In this document: piece after piece, positions 61,636 through 64,000 of the stretch | How the letters are laid out: every line of letters begins with the position of its first letter | Numbering within the stretch: the first letter of the stretch is position 1 | Source: an uncultured Chloroflexia bacterium | Lineage (GTDB): Bacteria; Chloroflexota; Limnocylindria; Limnocylindrales; CSP1-4 | Direction: 5' to 3' | Assembly: GCA_963841135.1 (NCBI GenBank) | Contig: CAWJBJ010000004.1 | Span: 543,496 to 607,495, forward strand | Length of the DNA: 64,000 bases | The notes under the pieces: generated by a model | Database searches by the model: none | The model's input: the letters and a program-made list of their open reading frames with translations, nothing else | Told to the model about the DNA's origin: nothing | Translations under genes and position numbers: made by a program

Positions 61636-62955
61636 ATGACCCGCACCCTCCGACCCCCACGCCTGACCGCCTGGCTCGACCAATGGGGCGGCATCCTGCC
61701 GCTCCTCGCCGCCGAGTTCGTCGTGTGGCTCGGCTTCGGCGGGCTCCTGCCGGTCCTGCCGCTCTACTTCACAGAGCAGGGCGTCGACCTCTCGACACTG
61801 GGCCTGGTGATCGCGGCGTGGCCGGCCGCCCGTCTCGTCAGCGAGCCGATCTTCGGCTGGCTCGCCGACCGCACCGCTCGCGTGCCGCTCATGGTCGTCG
61901 GCCTCCTCGCGACAGGGATCTTCGGGGCGCTGCCCCTGGTCCTCACCGGCCCGCTGGCCTTCCTCGTCCTGCGCGCCCTCGCCGGCCTGAGTGCGGCCAT
62001 CTACGATCCCGCCGCGCGCGGGTACCTGACCGATGCCACGCCGCCCGGCAAGCGAGGCGAGGCGTTCGGCCTCTACGGGGCGGCGCAGATGGGCGGCCTG
62101 CTGCTGGGACCGGCGATCGCCGCGTTCGGTGCGGCGAACTTCGGGGGCATCGGGTTCGTGTTCGTGTTCAGCGCGGTGGCGGCCGTGCTCTCGTCGCTCG
62201 CGATCGCCCTGCGCGTCCGGGAGACGCCGGTCCGGACCCACCCGGCGCCCTCGTCCGATTCCATCGAGTTCCCGCAGGGCACGTCCTCGCTGGCGGGCCG
62301 GGCGGCCACCGATGTCGATGCCGACCGGACGCGGCACGCCGGTCCGGGCATCCCAACGAGCCTGTGGAACCGGGGCCTGATCGCGGTCATCGTGCTCAAC
62401 GCCGGCGGCTACTACGCGGGCGGCACCTACGAGGTCATCTGGAGCCTGTTCCTGCAGGGCCTCGGCGCCGACCTCGCGCTGATCGGGCTGACGTTCGCGA
62501 TGTTCGGGCTGCCGGTGCTCCTGCTCTCGCCGATCGCCGGCCGGATCGTCGACAAGCGTGGGTCGTTCACGTTCATCGTGATCGGCTCGATCCTGCCGGC
62601 CGTCGTCGGCCTCCTCTATACGCTGATCAGGGACCCGGTGCTCGCGGTGCCGCTGATCCTGATCGAGGCGACCGGGTTCGCGTTCCTGAACCCCGCGCTG
62701 TATGCGGTCGTCGCCGCGAGCTCGCCATCGGGCCGCTCCTCGACCGCCCAGGGTCTGTTCGGCGCGGCCGGGACGCTCGGCTTCATCGCCGCGTCGCTTG
62801 GTGCGGGTGTCCTCGCGGAACGCAACATCCTGCTGCCGTTCTACGTGTTCTCGACCGTGCTGGCGGCCTCGCTGGGCGTCGGGCTCCTGATCGGGGGGTC
62901 GAGGCTGCGCGCCCGTCCGGCGCCGGTCGCCGCGGACGTGCCGGGCGGGTCGTGA
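61636..62955 (+). CDS. MFS transporter
   Basis: 439 aa, 12 TM helices, with the loop 2-3 motif GWLADRTARVP. Confidence 0.85.
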   Translation: MTRTLRPPRLTAWLDQWGGILPLLAAEFVVWLGFGGLLPVLPLYFTEQGVDLSTLGLVIAAWPAARLVSEPIFGWLADRTARVPLMVVGLLATGIFGALPLVLTGPLAFLVLRALAGLSAAIYDPAARGYLTDATPPGKRGEAFGLYGAAQMGGLLLGPAIAAFGAANFGGIGFVFVFSAVAAVLSSLAIALRVRETPVRTHPAPSSDSIEFPQGTSSLAGRAATDVDADRTRHAGPGIPTSLWNRGLIAVIVLNAGGYYAGGTYEVIWSLFLQGLGADLALIGLTFAMFGLPVLLLSPIAGRIVDKRGSFTFIVIGSILPAVVGLLYTLIRDPVLAVPLILIEATGFAFLNPALYAVVAASSPSGRSSTAQGLFGAAGTLGFIAASLGAGVLAERNILLPFYVFSTVLAASLGVGLLIGGSRLRARPAPVAADVPGGS

Positions 62956-62965
62956 CCGCGGAGCG

Positions 62966-64000
62966 TCAGGCCCGCTTCGGCCGCCACGATCCGGGGGCCG
63001 GATGCCGCGGGCGCAGGCGCGCCAGGATCCGCTTCGTCTCGTAGACGAGGCGCACCGGGACGCGGGTCTTGCGCCAGCGCACGGCCGACAGCGCCGTGTC
63101 GAAGGAGAGCACGGCCTGCTCGATCGAGCGATGCCCGCGGAACATGTCGCGCGCGGCGGACGCCCGCCTGGATCGCAACGGGTCGTCGGCCTCCAGCGCA
63201 TCGATCCGCTCGATGAGCCCCTCGGTCTCGGGGTGCCAGCGGTACGTCCACGGGTACTCGACCGCAAGGCGGGCGTCGGTCTTGCCGATCGCGGCGAGGC
63301 TCGCCCAGGCCGGCATGATCGTCGGCTTCTCGGTGAACAGGAACTCCGCGGTCACGCCCGAGATGTCGCTGATCATCAGGTCGGCCGCGGCGAAGTCGTC
63401 GGCCTTGCGGCCGCCGCGACGGACCCCGGCCGCATATAGGGCGTCGCGCAGCTCGACGAGCTCCGTCCGCCGCCGCCCAGTGGTGGGGTGCGGCCGCATG
63501 ATCACCGAGATCCCGCGCTCCGTGAGGGCGGGTAGGGCCTCGAGGAGAGCCGGACCGACCAGAGGCAACGACGTGTAGTCCGCCTTCACGGAGCCGCCCT
63601 CCCAGGTGGGGGCGTACAGGATCGTGCGGATCGGCCGCGGGCGGTCCCACGGGTCCTTGACGAGGCCGTCCACGATCGGCGTCCCGATGGCGCACGCGCC
63701 AGCGGCGACCCAGCGCCGCACAGCCCGCGGGTAGCGCTTCACGACGCCGTATCGCGCGACGAACATCGAGTCGTACAGCGAGGCGGTCCGGAACGCGTTG
63801 TAGATCTTGTCGCTCTCGCCGTGGCCCAGCCAGATGTGGAGCTTCCCGCCGAAGCTGTTGACCATGCGGAAGTTCTCCTGCTTGGTCCCGATGTACAGGA
63901 AGCCCTTGAAGTTCGGAGCCGCCTTCAGCCACGTCCTGGCCTCCTCGAACGGCTCGACGATCCGGACATTGGGCAGCGCCGCCACGCGCTCCCGGACGCC
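62966..64000 (-). CDS. CDP-glycerol glycerophosphotransferase (TagF-like) family protein, 5' end probably beyond the window
   Basis: Contains LYAPTWEG, the RPHP stretch and ADLMISDISGV..EFL motifs. The frame stays open to the window edge. Confidence 0.7.
   Translation of the reverse strand, partial: GVRERVAALPNVRIVEPFEEARTWLKAAPNFKGFLYIGTKQENFRMVNSFGGKLHIWLGHGESDKIYNAFRTASLYDSMFVARYGVVKRYPRAVRRWVAAGACAIGTPIVDGLVKDPWDRPRPIRTILYAPTWEGGSVKADYTSLPLVGPALLEALPALTERGISVIMRPHPTTGRRRTELVELRDALYAAGVRRGGRKADDFAAADLMISDISGVTAEFLFTEKPTIMPAWASLAAIGKTDARLAVEYPWTYRWHPETEGLIERIDALEADDPLRSRRASAARDMFRGHRSIEQAVLSFDTALSAVRWRKTRVPVRLVYETKRILARLRPRHPAPGSWRPKRA

Overview
High-GC (roughly 70%) bacterial chromosomal window with dense, often overlapping genes. 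Phylum cannot be fixed without a database search; gene content looks Actinobacteria- or Chloroflexi-like. I call about 65 protein genes, 2 tRNAs (Arg-UCG, Lys-UUU) and a few regulatory elements. I saw no rRNA, CRISPR array, transposase, integrase or phage genes. Content in order: a multi-rhodanese sulfurtransferase, a beta-carbonic anhydrase and a dapB-dapA-dapD-lysA operon; an M23 peptidase; a membrane protein/WYL regulator/SAMHD1-like HD hydrolase operon; a DUF62 SAM hydrolase plus ECF transporter operon; an HTH-GAF-GGDEF cyclase; small housekeeping genes (YbaK-like, thiamine pyrophosphokinase, Bcp, PIG-L). Next comes an unusual Rieske/cytochrome b6-type operon headed by a GltD-like flavoprotein and ending in a cytochrome c::cupredoxin fusion and a Kelch membrane protein. 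The rest covers proline dehydrogenase, an aminotransferase, a 2-hydroxyacid dehydrogenase, toastrack-type membrane proteins, amt, gltB, vapBC, a GAF-kinase two-component system, ppc, an ABC-2 exporter, an MFS transporter and a TagF-like enzyme. Main observations: (1) the flavoprotein-coupled Rieske/b6 operon. (2) Two candidate leaderless leader-peptide attenuators, a KKK sORF before the DAP/lysine operon and a Cys-containing sORF before the rhodanese gene. (3) About 11 genes need roughly 25-30 reading-frame changes. These are almost all +1 (single-base insertion) and strongly clustered, so this is either insertion-biased consensus error or real gene decay; I cannot decide which from the sequence. 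All functional calls rest on motif recognition in the supplied translations, with no searches run.
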